NCBI GenBank assembly: GCA_021158055.1
Contig: JAGGVJ010000019.1
Location: 23,940 to 87,939, forward strand
Source of the DNA: Candidatus Iainarchaeum sp.
Lineage (GTDB): Archaea; Iainarchaeota; Iainarchaeia; JAGGVJ01
Length of the DNA stretch: 64,000 bases
Direction of reading: 5' to 3'
Program-made: the position numbers and the translations under genes
The notes under the pieces: generated by a model
Database searches by the model: none
The model's input: the letters and a program-made list of their open reading frames with translations, nothing else
Told to the model about the DNA's origin: nothing
Shown: positions 50,477-61,042 of the stretch, in pieces
Layout: each line of letters starts with the position of its first letter
Position numbering within the stretch: position 1 is the first letter of the stretch

Positions 50477-51700
50477 ATGGAAAAATTTAAAAAATTAGGT
50501 ATTTCAGAGTTTGTTTTAAAATCAATTAAAGAACAAAAATTTACTGAACCGACAGAAATACAGGAGAAGTCAATCCCCCTGGTTCTTGAGGGAAAAGACG
50601 TTATGGCTGAATCAGCCACGGGTTCAGGAAAAACACTTGTTTTTGCAGCCGGGATTATACAAAGTTCTGAAAGAGGAAAAGGAATACAGGCATTGATATT
50701 GACGCCGACAAGGGAATTAGCGGAACAGGTTGCAAAATCTTTTGAGTTGTTCTCAAAGTATTCTCCACTATCCATTGTAGCTGTTTATGGTGGGTTATCA
50801 ATTGGTCCGCAGATCAGGGCACTAAAAACAGCAGATGTCGTGGTCGGCACCCCAGGCAGGATCTTGGACCATTTAAACAGGAACACACTTGAGTTAAGTT
50901 CAATCAACACTGTTGTTCTTGACGAAGCTGACCGTATGCTTGACATGGGTTTTGCAGCGGATGTTGAAAAGATACTTAATGAATGTCCTGTGGAAAGACA
51001 AACCATGTTGTTTTCGGCAACTTTTTCAAAAGACATGATCAGGATTGGAAAAAAACATATGGATTCACCGGTCAGGATTTCTGCAGAACCCCATGTTGAT
51101 CCAAAAAAATTAACTCAGGTTTGTTATGATGTAAGAGGCAACATGAAATTTTCACTTTTGGTCCATTTGCTCAAGGAAGAAAAATCACACAGGGTAATGG
51201 TTTTTTGCAATACCCAAAGAAATACTGATTTTGTTGCAAATAACCTGAAATCAGTAGGCATTAATGCATTGCCTATGCACGGCGGGTTTTCACAAAACCA
51301 AAGAGGAAAAACAATGGTGCAGTTTAATTCAAAGGCACAAAAATCATATGCCCTTGTCTGCACAGATGTCGCATCAAGAGGGCTTGACATAAAAGGTGTT
51401 TCTCACATCTACAATTTTGATTTCCCAAGAGAAATTGATAACTATGTGCACAGGATAGGCCGTACTGCAAGGGCAGGTAAAGAGGGCATGGCCGTAAGTT
51501 TGATTGCTGAAAATGACGCGGATAATCTTAAAGCAACGATTAAAAAAACCAAGTTGAAACTTACCTGGAAAAAAGTTCCTGAAATAGAACGATTGAGAGT
51601 AAAAAAAGTTGAGCAAGCACCACCAACACGATACAGCAGAAAATTTAATTTTAAACAAAAAAACCATAAAACAGGTTTTAGAAAATACAGCAGACGCTGA
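50477..51700 (+). CDS. DEAD-box ATP-dependent RNA helicase
   Basis: Q motif, AESATGSGKTL, PTRELA, VLDEADRMLDMGF, SAT, HRIGRTARAG. Confidence 0.9.
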   Translation: MEKFKKLGISEFVLKSIKEQKFTEPTEIQEKSIPLVLEGKDVMAESATGSGKTLVFAAGIIQSSERGKGIQALILTPTRELAEQVAKSFELFSKYSPLSIVAVYGGLSIGPQIRALKTADVVVGTPGRILDHLNRNTLELSSINTVVLDEADRMLDMGFAADVEKILNECPVERQTMLFSATFSKDMIRIGKKHMDSPVRISAEPHVDPKKLTQVCYDVRGNMKFSLLVHLLKEEKSHRVMVFCNTQRNTDFVANNLKSVGINALPMHGGFSQNQRGKTMVQFNSKAQKSYALVCTDVASRGLDIKGVSHIYNFDFPREIDNYVHRIGRTARAGKEGMAVSLIAENDADNLKATIKKTKLKLTWKKVPEIERLRVKKVEQAPPTRYSRKFNFKQKNHKTGFRKYSRR

Positions 51701-51820
51701 AATGCCAATTGCAGGCGTTTGTATTTTTATGCATTAAAAAGCCTGCTGTCTGGAGTGGTTAGGTTATGGCAAGATATTTAAACTTTTTAGGTCCTAATTT
51801 GGTTTAAGGAGTATTTTGCC

Positions 51821-54076
51821 ATGGAAGAAACTGATTTTGCAAAGAACAACAAGTATGCCTGGCGGGAATTTAAAGGAGGCGCATGGCAAAACGAGATCAA
51901 TGTGCAGGATTTTATTCAAGCCAACTATTTTTTTTACTCGGGAAACGAGTCGTTTCTTGAAAAGCCGACTCAAAGGACCCTGGAACTTTTTTCCAAAAAG
52001 AAAGAACTTTTGAAAAAAGAAGCGAAAAGAAACGGGGTTTATGATATCGACGTGAAAACCCCTTCAACGATTATTTCTCATGCTCCCGGCTATGTTGACA
52101 GAAAACTTGAGCTCATTGTCGGCTACCAGACAGACCAGCCTCTTAAAGTCGGAATAAAACCGAAAGGGGGGATAAAGTTTACTGAAAAGGCCTGCAATGC
52201 CTACGGTTTTGAGCTTGATGAAACAGTAAAGGATATTTTTGAAAATTATTCAAAGACACACAACGACGGTGTTTTTTCCGCTTATTCAAAAGACATCAAA
52301 AATCTTCGCCACAATTGTCTGATTACAGGCCTTCCTGACAACTACGGCAGAGGGCGTATAATCGGTGACTACAGGAGAGTTGCCCTTTACGGCGTAAAAA
52401 AACTGATTGCTGAAAAGCAAAAGGACTTTGAAAAACTTTCATTTTCAGACATACAGCTGCGGGAAGAAGTTTTCGAGCAGATAAGCGCTCTTGAAGAACT
52501 GATTGAAATGGCTTATTCTTACGGGTTTGACCTGACCCGCCCGGCACTAGACGCAAGGGAAGCGGTTCAATGGACCTGGTTTGCATACCTTGCGGCAATC
52601 AAGGAACAGGACGGCGCTGCCATGTCTTTTGGAAGGGTTGATTGTTTTTTTGACATATTTATAGAACGCGACTTAAAAGAAGGAACCCTGACTGAAAGCC
52701 GGGCGCAGGAACTTATTGACCAGCTTATACTTAAAATGAGGTTTGTAAGGCATTTAAGGCACCCGGAATACAATGCCTTGTTTGCAGGACAGCCGACGTG
52801 GATAACTTGCGTGATAGGCGGCATGACTGTTGCCAACGATGTTGACAAAAAACCCCTTGTGACAAAAACTTCTTTTCGCATGCTTCACACTTTGACTAAT
52901 CTGGAACCTGCACCTGAACCCAATCTCACTGTGCTTTGGAGTGAATCCCTCCCAGGTGATTTTAAGGAATATTGCTGCAGGATAAGCATTGAATCAAGTT
53001 CCATCCAGTACGAAAACGACGACCTGATGAAACCGCTGTTCGGAACCGATTACGCGATTGCCTGTTGCGTAAGTGCCATGAGAATCGGAAAAGAAATGCA
53101 GTTTTTCGGGGCACGGTGCAACGGCCCAAAACTGCTTTTGCTTGCATTGAACGGCGGAAAAGACGAGCTGACCGGAAACCAGATTGCCCCTGCCAAGCCG
53201 GTTCCCTCCGGAGAGTTTCTGGATTATGCTGAAGTCAGGGAAAAATATTTGTTTTACTGCGACTGGCTTGCAGAGCAATACGTTAACGCAATGAACATAA
53301 TTCACTTCATGCACGACAAGTATGCCTATGAAAGTTTGCAGATGGCTTTGCATGACACCAGTGTAAAGAGGTTTATGGCCTTTGGCCTTGCAGGGCTGAG
53401 CGTGATTGCCGACTCGTTGTCTGCCATCAGGTACGCGAAAGTCAAACCTGTAAGGGATGAAAACGGTATTGCAGTTGATTTTGAAGTGCAGGGTGATTTT
53501 CCAAAGTTTGGAAACGATGATTCAAGAGCAGATGATTTGGCTGTTGAAGCAGTGAATGCATTCATCGGATTTCTGAAAAAATATCCGACTTACAGGAATT
53601 CAGAGCACAGCCTTTCAATTCTCACAATCACTTCAAACGTAGTATACGGGAAAAAAACCGGTGCAACACCTGACACGAGAAAAAGCGGCGAGCCGTTTGC
53701 TCCGGGCGCAAACCCAATGCATGGAAGAGACACAGAGGGAGCGGTTGCTTCTTTGAACAGCGTTGCCAAAATCCCTTATTCCTCGTGCCTTGACGGCATT
53801 TCAAACACTTTTTCCATTGTTCCCGCGTTTCTTGGAAAAACAGAGAAAGACAGGATAGCCAACCTCAAAGGCCTTATTGAAGGATATTTTGCCAAAAACG
53901 GGCATCATCTCAATGTAAATGTGCTTGACAGGGATCTTTTGCTTGACGCCATGAAAAACCCGCAGAAATATCCGAATCTCACCATAAGGGTTTCAGGTTA
54001 TGCCGTTAATTTCACAAGATTGAATAAAGAACAGCAAAAAGAAGTGGTTTCAAGAACATTTCATTGCTCGGTTTAA
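51821..54076 (+). CDS. pflB: Formate C-acetyltransferase (pyruvate formate-lyase-type glycyl radical enzyme)
   Basis: Glycyl-radical motif [11 protein letters not shown]. Adjacent catalytic cysteines ACCVSAM. Confidence 0.85.
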   Translation: MEETDFAKNNKYAWREFKGGAWQNEINVQDFIQANYFFYSGNESFLEKPTQRTLELFSKKKELLKKEAKRNGVYDIDVKTPSTIISHAPGYVDRKLELIVGYQTDQPLKVGIKPKGGIKFTEKACNAYGFELDETVKDIFENYSKTHNDGVFSAYSKDIKNLRHNCLITGLPDNYGRGRIIGDYRRVALYGVKKLIAEKQKDFEKLSFSDIQLREEVFEQISALEELIEMAYSYGFDLTRPALDAREAVQWTWFAYLAAIKEQDGAAMSFGRVDCFFDIFIERDLKEGTLTESRAQELIDQLILKMRFVRHLRHPEYNALFAGQPTWITCVIGGMTVANDVDKKPLVTKTSFRMLHTLTNLEPAPEPNLTVLWSESLPGDFKEYCCRISIESSSIQYENDDLMKPLFGTDYAIACCVSAMRIGKEMQFFGARCNGPKLLLLALNGGKDELTGNQIAPAKPVPSGEFLDYAEVREKYLFYCDWLAEQYVNAMNIIHFMHDKYAYESLQMALHDTSVKRFMAFGLAGLSVIADSLSAIRYAKVKPVRDENGIAVDFEVQGDFPKFGNDDSRADDLAVEAVNAFIGFLKKYPTYRNSEHSLSILTITSNVVYGKKTGATPDTRKSGEPFAPGANPMHGRDTEGAVASLNSVAKIPYSSCLDGISNTFSIVPAFLGKTEKDRIANLKGLIEGYFAKNGHHLNVNVLDRDLLLDAMKNPQKYPNLTIRVSGYAVNFTRLNKEQQKEVVSRTFHCSV

Positions 54077-54127
54077 TTTATTTGTTTGTTTTGTTAATTT
54101 ATTTGTTTTGATTTAAGGGTGCTTTTG

Positions 54128-54874
54128 ATGGATTCTGCCAGGGGAAAAATTGAAGGGCAAATTAACTCTCTCCAGTCTTTTGGAACCCTTGACGGCCCGG
54201 GGATACGTTATGTTGTTTTCATGCAAGGATGCCCACTAAAATGTGTTTTTTGCCATAACGCCGGTGCGATTGACCTGAAAGGTGGAAAAAAAGTCACTTT
54301 GGACAAACTCATGGAAAAAATTGACAAATGCATTCCTTACCTTAAGCAAGGCGGAATAACTGTCAGCGGCGGGGAGCCAACTCTTCAGTGGCGGTTTGTC
54401 AAGGAGTTTCTTTCAGCGTGCGGGCAAAGGGGTCTCCACACAGCGCTGGATACGTGTCTTTTCACTAAAAAAGATGTTTTAGTCAACCTTATCCCGGAAG
54501 TTGATTTGTTTTTGGTTTCAGTCAAGCACATGGATGCGGAAAAACACTTTGGGTTGACCGGAAGGGACAACAAGCTGATTTTGGAGAACATCAGGTATGC
54601 GGCGTCAAAAAAGCCTGTCTGGCTGAGGTATGTGTTGATTGAAGGCATAACTGATTCAGAGGAAGACCTGCTTGACCTGATTGGTTTTGCAAAAAAGCTT
54701 GAAAAGCTTGAGTTAATTGAACTTCTTTCATTTAGTTCAATGGGTGTTGAAAAGCAAAGGGAATTCAAGGGTTTTAAAATCACGAAAACAAAAGATCTCA
54801 AGGCGCCTTCCCTGAAAAAAGTGCTTTGGGCAAAAAAACTGCTTGAAGAGAACGGGTTTAAAGTGGTTGTTTGA
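54128..54874 (+). CDS. pflA: Pyruvate formate-lyase activating enzyme (radical SAM)
   Basis: CPLKCVFCHN (Cx3Cx2C). GGITVSGGEP. Confidence 0.85.
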   Translation: MDSARGKIEGQINSLQSFGTLDGPGIRYVVFMQGCPLKCVFCHNAGAIDLKGGKKVTLDKLMEKIDKCIPYLKQGGITVSGGEPTLQWRFVKEFLSACGQRGLHTALDTCLFTKKDVLVNLIPEVDLFLVSVKHMDAEKHFGLTGRDNKLILENIRYAASKKPVWLRYVLIEGITDSEEDLLDLIGFAKKLEKLELIELLSFSSMGVEKQREFKGFKITKTKDLKAPSLKKVLWAKKLLEENGFKVVV

Positions 54875-54961
54875 CCGGGGTTTTTTGTGGTTTTGAATTG
54901 ATTACATATTTTGAATTGATTACATAATCACATTTATATTTTTGTTTTGCTTATTTATGTC

Positions 54962-55414
54962 GTGGCAGATAAAGAAGATGTAGTCAGGGAATTTTTGTCC
55001 ACTGTTTACGTGGTGGACGGTGGAAAAGTGCTGATGACCTGGAACAGGAAAGTCCGTGCGTGGATTCCTGTCGGCGGTCACATAGAGTAAAATGAGCTCC
55101 CGTGCAGTTCAGCGATAAGGGAAGCAAAGGAAGAGTCAGGCCTTGATATTGAACTGGTTTCTCCTTTTGACCGGTCAAATACAGGCAACCTTGTCCAGCC
55201 TGTCCACGTTCACCTGGACCACATAAAAGACGACCACAAGCACATAAACCTTATTTATTTCGGCGTCGTGAAAGGAGGAACTTTTTTAAAGGAAAGCGAC
55301 GAGCAAACTCCTTTGAAGTGGTTTTCAAAGCAGGAAATTGAAAAAGAGGACTTGCTTCCAAGCGTCAGGGAATGGGCGCTTGAATCACTGCACCATCTGG
55401 GAAGCAAATATTAG
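54962..55414 (+). pseudogene. NUDIX hydrolase gene with an in-frame TAA inside the Nudix box
   Basis: The continuous frame from GTG 54962 reads ...WIPVGGHIE*NELPCSSAIREAKEESGLDIE... TAA at 55088-55090 falls where GxxxxxE expects a residue. The frame continues to TAG at 55412. It is absent from the ORF track because of the stop. Confidence 0.6.
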
Positions 55415-55439
55415 GTTTTACAAAAGCATTCAGGGCTTT

Positions 55440-56495
55440 TCACAGCGAATATTCCCATATCCTTTTTTCTTTCGGGCTTCTTATGTCTGAAACTTCGCCG
55501 CTGATGTCTTTTAAGAAAAGCTTTTTTATTTGCCTGATATTGTATTCAGGGTAGTTCCCGAGAATCCACATAAGTTTTGTCATGGCAGTCTCGCTTATCA
55601 TGTCATGTCCTGGAATGGCGCCTGCATCCAGTGCTTTTTTCCCGCATTCGTAGAGATACATCCAGGAAAACCCGATTGCGCATTGCGAGGAAATAACAAT
55701 TGGAACGCCTTTGTTTACGGCGTTTTTTATCTCCGGTATAAGTGAATTTTCGTCAATCGGAACGTTTCCGGCTCCGAAACCTTCAATGACTATTCCCTTG
55801 TAGCCGAGTTCTATGAGTTTTGAGATGATCTCAGGGTTGAACCCGGGGGTTATTTTTTGGATGCATATTTTTTCTTCAAGCTTGTCAAAGAATTTTAGTT
55901 TTGCATCAGCATTGTCGTTTTGATAGTGTTCTCCTGTGTGCCTTATGTCGTGTTCTATTATTCCAAGCGGAAGCATCCCGACGCTTTCAAATGCCTCAAA
56001 TTCAACTTCCCTGAATTTCTTGACGCGGTTTCCCCGCAGTATTTTGCTGTTAAATACAATTATCACTTCGTGAATGTCTGCGTCGGTCGCAACCCTTACT
56101 GCATCCAGTACGTTTCTTTTTGTGTCCGAGCCGAGTTGTTGCGGCGGCACCTGTGAACCGGTCAGGACAATGGGTTTGCTCAGGTTCTGCAGCAGGAAAG
56201 ACAAGGCGGATGCAGTGTAATGCATTGTGTCTGTCCCGTGTGTTATTATGAACCCGTCGTATTCCAGATAATTCTCGTTGATTATTTCAGCAAGTTTCAG
56301 CCAGTATTTCGGCTGCATGTTTGAAGAGTCAGTGTTAAACACAATGACTGTTGTGATTTCAGCTATGTTTTTTATTTCAGGTATAAAATTCAAGAGTTCT
56401 TCTTCAGTGAATTCCCCGGGTTTCCAGCTTCCGTCAATCATTTTGGCAGTTATTGTGCCGCCTGTTCCGATAAAAAGTATTTTCTTTTTGGCCAT
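55440..56495 (-). CDS. L-asparaginase (type I asparaginase/GatD-like family)
   Basis: ILFIGTGGTITA. HGTDTM. The ORF track start at 56597 is upstream; ATG at 56495 (MAKKKILFIG) fits the family. Confidence 0.75.
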   Translation of the reverse strand: MAKKKILFIGTGGTITAKMIDGSWKPGEFTEEELLNFIPEIKNIAEITTVIVFNTDSSNMQPKYWLKLAEIINENYLEYDGFIITHGTDTMHYTASALSFLLQNLSKPIVLTGSQVPPQQLGSDTKRNVLDAVRVATDADIHEVIIVFNSKILRGNRVKKFREVEFEAFESVGMLPLGIIEHDIRHTGEHYQNDNADAKLKFFDKLEEKICIQKITPGFNPEIISKLIELGYKGIVIEGFGAGNVPIDENSLIPEIKNAVNKGVPIVISSQCAIGFSWMYLYECGKKALDAGAIPGHDMISETAMTKLMWILGNYPEYNIRQIKKLFLKDISGEVSDIRSPKEKRIWEYSL

Positions 56496-56618
56496 ACAAT
56501 CACGGTTTCGATAAGTTTCAATAAATAGTGTTTTTGTGTATATGAACATCAAACAACCGGCGGATATATACTTTTTTCCTTTGCAGATTTTACCCAAGCT
56601 TTTGGTGCGCTTTTTCGG

Positions 56619-57107
56619 TTATTTGAGGTCTTCGAAACCTTTTGTTGTGTGTTCTTTTATGTTTTCAAAGCTTTCCACAAAACGAGTTGCTTGTATGTGG
56701 TTGTCGTCTATATAGTGGTAGTTTCCGCCTCTTGGTTTTCCAAATACTATGCAATGGTATTTGAACCCGCGTTCTTTAAGCCATTTTTCTGTTGTTCTCC
56801 TGTGTTCTTCTGTCCTTGCAGTGAAAAAAGTAATTATGTGGTTTTCCTCAAACCATTTGTTTATTTGCTCTTTTGACCCTGGAATCTCAAAAGCATCCGG
56901 CATTCTTTCCGGCTCTTCGTTTGGTATGTCTTCACATATCACACCGTCAATGTCAATCAAATAGTTTTTTAATCCAGGAAGAAGTTTTGGGCTGCTCTTT
57001 TTCCCGTTTTCGGTTAAAGATTCTTTTAGGTATCCTGATTGTTTTTCTGCTTCTGTCATGTAATCAACCAAAGTTTGTCTTTTAACAAAATTTACCTTTC
57101 CTTTCAT
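56619..57107 (-). CDS. HAD-superfamily phosphatase/nucleotidase-like hydrolase
   Basis: Motif I LIDIDGVICED. Confidence 0.55.
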   Translation of the reverse strand: MKGKVNFVKRQTLVDYMTEAEKQSGYLKESLTENGKKSSPKLLPGLKNYLIDIDGVICEDIPNEEPERMPDAFEIPGSKEQINKWFEENHIITFFTARTEEHRRTTEKWLKERGFKYHCIVFGKPRGGNYHYIDDNHIQATRFVESFENIKEHTTKGFEDLK

Positions 57108-57484
57108 TTTTTCCGGCTAAGAATGTAGCCTATGGCGATGCTCATAACCGGGATTACAAGGTATCTCAAGCCGATTTGAGCAAAGTAAGTTCCTGTTTCC
57201 ATTCCTGACATGGGCAGCAGTATCAGTAAATCCAAAATGAGGTTTGTTGCAAGCCAGGCAAGTCCGACAGCGATTCCTTCGTTTAGGTAGTTTTCCTGCA
57301 CTTGCCTGAAATAAAACACAAGCAATGCAGCTCCCGTAGCTGAACCGGTTACTATCATTATTGACTTAAACAGGAAAATATCAATACCCAACTCACCTTG
57401 CGGCGAGTAAAACAAAAAGGCAAACAGGAAGGGAACCAGCCAGGATGCAACCCCGAGCAATGCAATTTTTATGATTCTACCCAT
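57104..57484 (-). CDS. Small 4-TM membrane protein; hypothetical
   Basis: Hydrophobic segments only. Confidence 0.4.
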   Translation of the reverse strand: MGRIIKIALLGVASWLVPFLFAFLFYSPQGELGIDIFLFKSIMIVTGSATGAALLVFYFRQVQENYLNEGIAVGLAWLATNLILDLLILLPMSGMETGTYFAQIGLRYLVIPVMSIAIGYILSRKK

Positions 57485-57556
57485 ACTAACATAGGAGTAA
57501 TAGTTTTATTTATAGGTTTTTGTTTGGCAACGCTTTGAAATCTACCAATTAAAAAC

Positions 57557-57665
57557 TGGCGGACGGGGAGGGATTCGAACCCGCGATCTGCAGATTAGAA
57601 GTCTGCCGCCCTATCTGCCAACAATCCCTTTGAAAGGTATTGGTTCCTGGCTAGGCTACCCGTCC
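57557..57665 (-). tRNA. tRNA-Arg (anticodon TCT) with an approximately 31-nt insertion (non-canonical intron) in the D-loop; CCA encoded
   Basis: Acceptor GGACGGG/CCCGTCC. GCCT-AGCCAGG[AACCAATACCTTTCAAAGGGATTGTTGGCAG]ATA-GGGC. Anticodon stem GCAGA/TCTGC, loop CTTCTAA. T arm GCGGG-TTCGAAT-CCCTC (one C-U mismatch). Discriminator G plus CCA. Confidence 0.55.
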
Positions 57666-57766
57666 ACTGGATTAAGTAATATATCACTTGTTTTATTAAA
57701 ATTCTTTTCTTTATCGGTTCTTTTAATATTCTTTTAATGTGCTGTGTTGTTTTTGACGTGAATGTT

Positions 57767-59731
57767 TTACATTTTTTCAGGCACTTCGATCCCCAAAAGC
57801 TTCAACGCTGCTTCAAGCGTGTTTTTGGTTGCAAGGACAAGCGCGAGCCGTGCCTGGCGCTCTTCTTGTTTTTCAGCGTTCAGGACCTGTTTCAGATTGT
57901 AAAAAGAACTGAAAGCGCTTGCAAGTTCTGTTGTGTATTCTGTGAGAATGTTTGGCTTGAGTTCAAGCGCAGTCTTGTCAACTGCTTCGCAAAACCCCCA
58001 TAGTTTTCTGACAAGGGCTTTTTCAACTTCGCTTGAAAGAACGCTTGCGTCAAACTTGCTTAAGTTGCTTGTATCGATTTGTTTTTCCTTTGCTTTTGAA
58101 AGTATTTTTGAAGCACGCACGCACGCGTACTGCAGGTACGGCCCGCTTTCGCCTTCAAAGCTCAAGACCTCATCCCACTTGAAAATGATTTTTTTGTCAG
58201 GGCTTACTTTTGCAAGGGCAAAAATCACTGCTCCAACCCCCACTTTTTCGCTGACGTCAGCCAGTTCTTTTTTGTTCATTGAAAGGCTCGGGTCTGTTTT
58301 CGCACGTCCATTGATAAGAGTTTTCACGCGTTCAACTGACTCGTCCAGCACTTCGTCAGTGCTTACCCCTGCCCCGACCCAAGTGCCTTTTCTTCCGGAA
58401 ATTTTTGCATCAGGCAAAACCACAAACTCGTAAGACAAGTGATGCAGGTTTTCGGCTTCTTTCACAAAACCCATTGCCTCAAGTGACTTTTTAACAACTT
58501 TTTGCGGGTATTTTTGCTCCGAGCCGATCACGTTGATGGCTGCGTCAACAGAGTTGAACTCCGGCTTTTCCTCTCCCCTGCTTTCGTGTTCATGCTCCTG
58601 TACGCCTGAATCTTTGCTTACCACGCACCATAAGACAGCGCCGTTTTTTTGAACAAGGTGTTTTTTGTATTTGAGCTTGGTGTCGGAAAGCCCGAATTTC
58701 CACAAGTGAAACCCGATGTCTTTTCCAGTGTAAGTGGTTGCGCCGTTTGAGCGCACAATAATTTTGTCAGGGTTTTCCATTCCCCTGAATTCGTCAAGGT
58801 GTCCGAGTTTGACCACAAAACAACCCTTGTTTGGCCCTTGTTCTTCTTTCACAAGGCTTTTGCCTTTTTTCAGGTGCTCAATGGCTCTTTCAACCACTCC
58901 GTTTTTAACAAGGTCTGACTCGCGGACCATGACATCTGAAAAAACATTCATGCGCTGTGTAGTAATTTTTTGTGCGTCAACTGACTCAAGAGCAATTTTT
59001 TCAGCGAAAGTTGCAGTTTCGTTTCCGCCTTCCTCCATTTTTTTCATGATCCCGTTGACTTCTTTGCTGACTTTCGGGTCATCGATTTTTTTTGCGACTT
59101 CAACGTATTGTATTCCCTGCCAGTAATCAAGTTTCATTGACGGGTCCGGCGTGCCGCAAAGGTTTTGATAACCCCAGACAGTTTGCGCGACCTGCAGCCC
59201 AAGGTCGTCAGGGTAATCCATCCTGACAACAAGGTTTCCCACAAACTCAAGGGCGTTTGACACGATCATCCCAAGAACAGCATTTCTTGCGTGCCCGATG
59301 TGAAGCGGTTTTCCAGGGTTTACTGAAGGAAACTCGACAGTTATTTTTTTGGTTTTTTTAGCAGGCTTTGGCTTGATTTTTTTCCCGATTGCAGCAGAGA
59401 CAGTGTCTTTTGCAAACCCTTCAAATTCAAGGAAAAAATTGACGTACCCTGGCCCGGCTGTTTCAACGCGTTCAAAAGAACTCCCTTTAATCCCTATTTT
59501 TGAAGCAAGTTTTTTTGCAATGAGTGCAGGCGGTTTTTTGAGCATTTTTGACAAATCAAAGCAAATGGTTGATGAAAAGTCCCCGAGTTTCGGGTCAGGC
59601 GGCACTTCAATTGAAGAAAGTATTTTTTCGCTGTCAAAATCCTTATCAGCTTCAAGGAGTTTTGAAACCCCTAATTTCACAAGTTCCGCTGCCTGTGTTT
59701 TGTATTTGTTTGTCAAAAAATCAACCTGCAA
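57767..59731 (-). CDS. argS: Arginyl-tRNA synthetase
   Basis: HIGHARN class I motif. C-terminal DALR anticodon-binding region. TTG start in the ORF track. Confidence 0.9.
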   Translation of the reverse strand: MQVDFLTNKYKTQAAELVKLGVSKLLEADKDFDSEKILSSIEVPPDPKLGDFSSTICFDLSKMLKKPPALIAKKLASKIGIKGSSFERVETAGPGYVNFFLEFEGFAKDTVSAAIGKKIKPKPAKKTKKITVEFPSVNPGKPLHIGHARNAVLGMIVSNALEFVGNLVVRMDYPDDLGLQVAQTVWGYQNLCGTPDPSMKLDYWQGIQYVEVAKKIDDPKVSKEVNGIMKKMEEGGNETATFAEKIALESVDAQKITTQRMNVFSDVMVRESDLVKNGVVERAIEHLKKGKSLVKEEQGPNKGCFVVKLGHLDEFRGMENPDKIIVRSNGATTYTGKDIGFHLWKFGLSDTKLKYKKHLVQKNGAVLWCVVSKDSGVQEHEHESRGEEKPEFNSVDAAINVIGSEQKYPQKVVKKSLEAMGFVKEAENLHHLSYEFVVLPDAKISGRKGTWVGAGVSTDEVLDESVERVKTLINGRAKTDPSLSMNKKELADVSEKVGVGAVIFALAKVSPDKKIIFKWDEVLSFEGESGPYLQYACVRASKILSKAKEKQIDTSNLSKFDASVLSSEVEKALVRKLWGFCEAVDKTALELKPNILTEYTTELASAFSSFYNLKQVLNAEKQEERQARLALVLATKNTLEAALKLLGIEVPEKM

Positions 59732-59760
59732 ATTCCAGTTTTTAAATTTTTGAATGCATG

Positions 59761-59870
59761 CGGGCCGAGGAGGATTCGAACCCCCGACCTGCGGGTGACT
59801 TCAACAGGATTCTTTTTGAAAAAACCTGTTTCCGAAGCCCGCCGCAATATCCAGGCTATGCTACCGGCCC
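59761..59870 (-). tRNA. tRNA-Arg (anticodon TCG) with an approximately 34-nt canonical 37/38 intron
   Basis: Acceptor GGGCCGG/TCGGCCC. D arm GCAT-AGCCTGGATA-TTGC. Anticodon stem GCGGG/CCCGC, loop CTTCGG[AAACAGGTTTTTTCAAAAAGAATCCTGTTGAAGTC]A. T arm GGGGG-TTCGAAT-CCTCC. Confidence 0.65.
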
Positions 59871-60064
59871 ATGTTATGCTGTTTGTAATATAATCAGTAT
59901 TATTTAATTGTTTTATTATTTATACAGTTTGTTTCAATAAAAACAATTGGTTTGCTTTTGTTCCGGTTAAAACAAGCAGTGATTCTTTTAAAGATAGAGC
60001 AGTGATTCCTTTAAAAGCAAATCAGTGGATCTTTTAAAACCATAAAAGCAGTTATTTCAAAACT

Positions 60065-60171
60065 TGGCGGGCCCGGAGAGATTTGAACTCTCGATCTCTG
60101 GCTCCGCAAGCCAGCGCCCTATTTGCTTATCAAATGCATCCGCAGTTGATTCCAGGCTAGGCAACGGGCCC
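60065..60171 (-). tRNA. tRNA-Arg (anticodon GCG) with an approximately 29-nt D-loop insertion; CCA encoded
   Basis: Acceptor GGGCCCG/CGGGCCC. GCCT-AGCCTGG[AATCAACTGCGGATGCATTTGATAAGCAA]ATA-GGGC. Anticodon stem CTGGC/GCCAG, loop TTGCGGA. T arm GAGAG-TTCAAAT-CTCTC. Confidence 0.65.
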
Positions 60172-60684
60172 TTCAAGTACTTTTTTCACTTTGTCAAGCG
60201 TGTTTTCAAAGTTTTTTATGAAAATGATGTCGTTGTATTTTTTGCTTACCTTAATCAGCTGGTTTTCTACATTGAAGTCTTTTATGGCACTTTCTTTTTC
60301 ATTGCTCCTGAACACAAGCCAGTCTTGTGCATTCGCATCGTATATCAGACTGAATATGTCTTTTGCGTTGTCAATTGTGAGGTAAGTTATAAAACAGCCG
60401 TATTTGAATTCAAAATCAATGTTTTTTTTCTTGAGTTTTTCCCGCAAGATTTTTTCGTTTCCCCCGCTTATGAGAACGCTCCACCCGTTTTTTAGCTCCG
60501 TGAGTTCCAGAACCAGCTTTACCGTAAGGTCTTGCGAATAGTTGCGCGAAAGGTAAAGCCATTTTTTTATGAACGGAATCTTTTTCATGGTTCCGATAAA
60601 AACAGCTGTTTTGTCTTCAAGAGACCACATATATCCTTTTCCGATTTCTTTGGCGCAACGGGCATCAAGTTTTATTTTATCCAT
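60157..60684 (-). CDS. Hypothetical protein embedded in the tRNA-Arg cluster
   Basis: 175 aa with no motif recognised. Its last codons overlap the 5' end of tRNA-Arg(GCG). Confidence 0.35.
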   Translation of the reverse strand: MDKIKLDARCAKEIGKGYMWSLEDKTAVFIGTMKKIPFIKKWLYLSRNYSQDLTVKLVLELTELKNGWSVLISGGNEKILREKLKKKNIDFEFKYGCFITYLTIDNAKDIFSLIYDANAQDWLVFRSNEKESAIKDFNVENQLIKVSKKYNDIIFIKNFENTLDKVKKVLEGPVA

Positions 60685-60807
60685 TTTTAAATCCCAGCCA
60701 TCTTTTGTATATAGCTTGTTTAAAGCTATTTAAACAAGTATTATTCAGTTTATTATCTTATTCTTTTTTTGTCAATTCAGCCATAATTCAATTGTTTTTT
60801 TGTTTAT

Positions 60808-60999
60808 TTATGTTTTGTTGTAAAGGTACAGGCCTGCCGAAAAAAGAACCAGGGCTGCTATTATCGGTGCAAAAATAATCAGGAAATTGACTGTAAAGAC
60901 TGCGAAAATCAGCAATGCCAAAAGCATTGCAATAACACCTGCAATCTGGTGTATCCTGTTTGGCTTTTTCGGGCCGCCGACGATTTCTACTTTTATCAT
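60808..60999 (-). CDS. Small 2-TM membrane protein; hypothetical
   Basis: 63 aa, two hydrophobic helices. Confidence 0.3.
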   Translation of the reverse strand: MIKVEIVGGPKKPNRIHQIAGVIAMLLALLIFAVFTVNFLIIFAPIIAALVLFSAGLYLYNKT

Positions 61000-61042
61000 G
61001 CAATCTCTCTTATAATGTAATTCGTTTCTTGTTTGTGTTTTT

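Noticed and set aside
55088-55090. Stop-codon recoding (TAA read as sense) in the NUDIX gene
   Set aside because: No archaeal TAA reassignment is known. All other genes in the window terminate normally at TAA/TAG/TGA, so pseudogene or sequencing error is more parsimonious.
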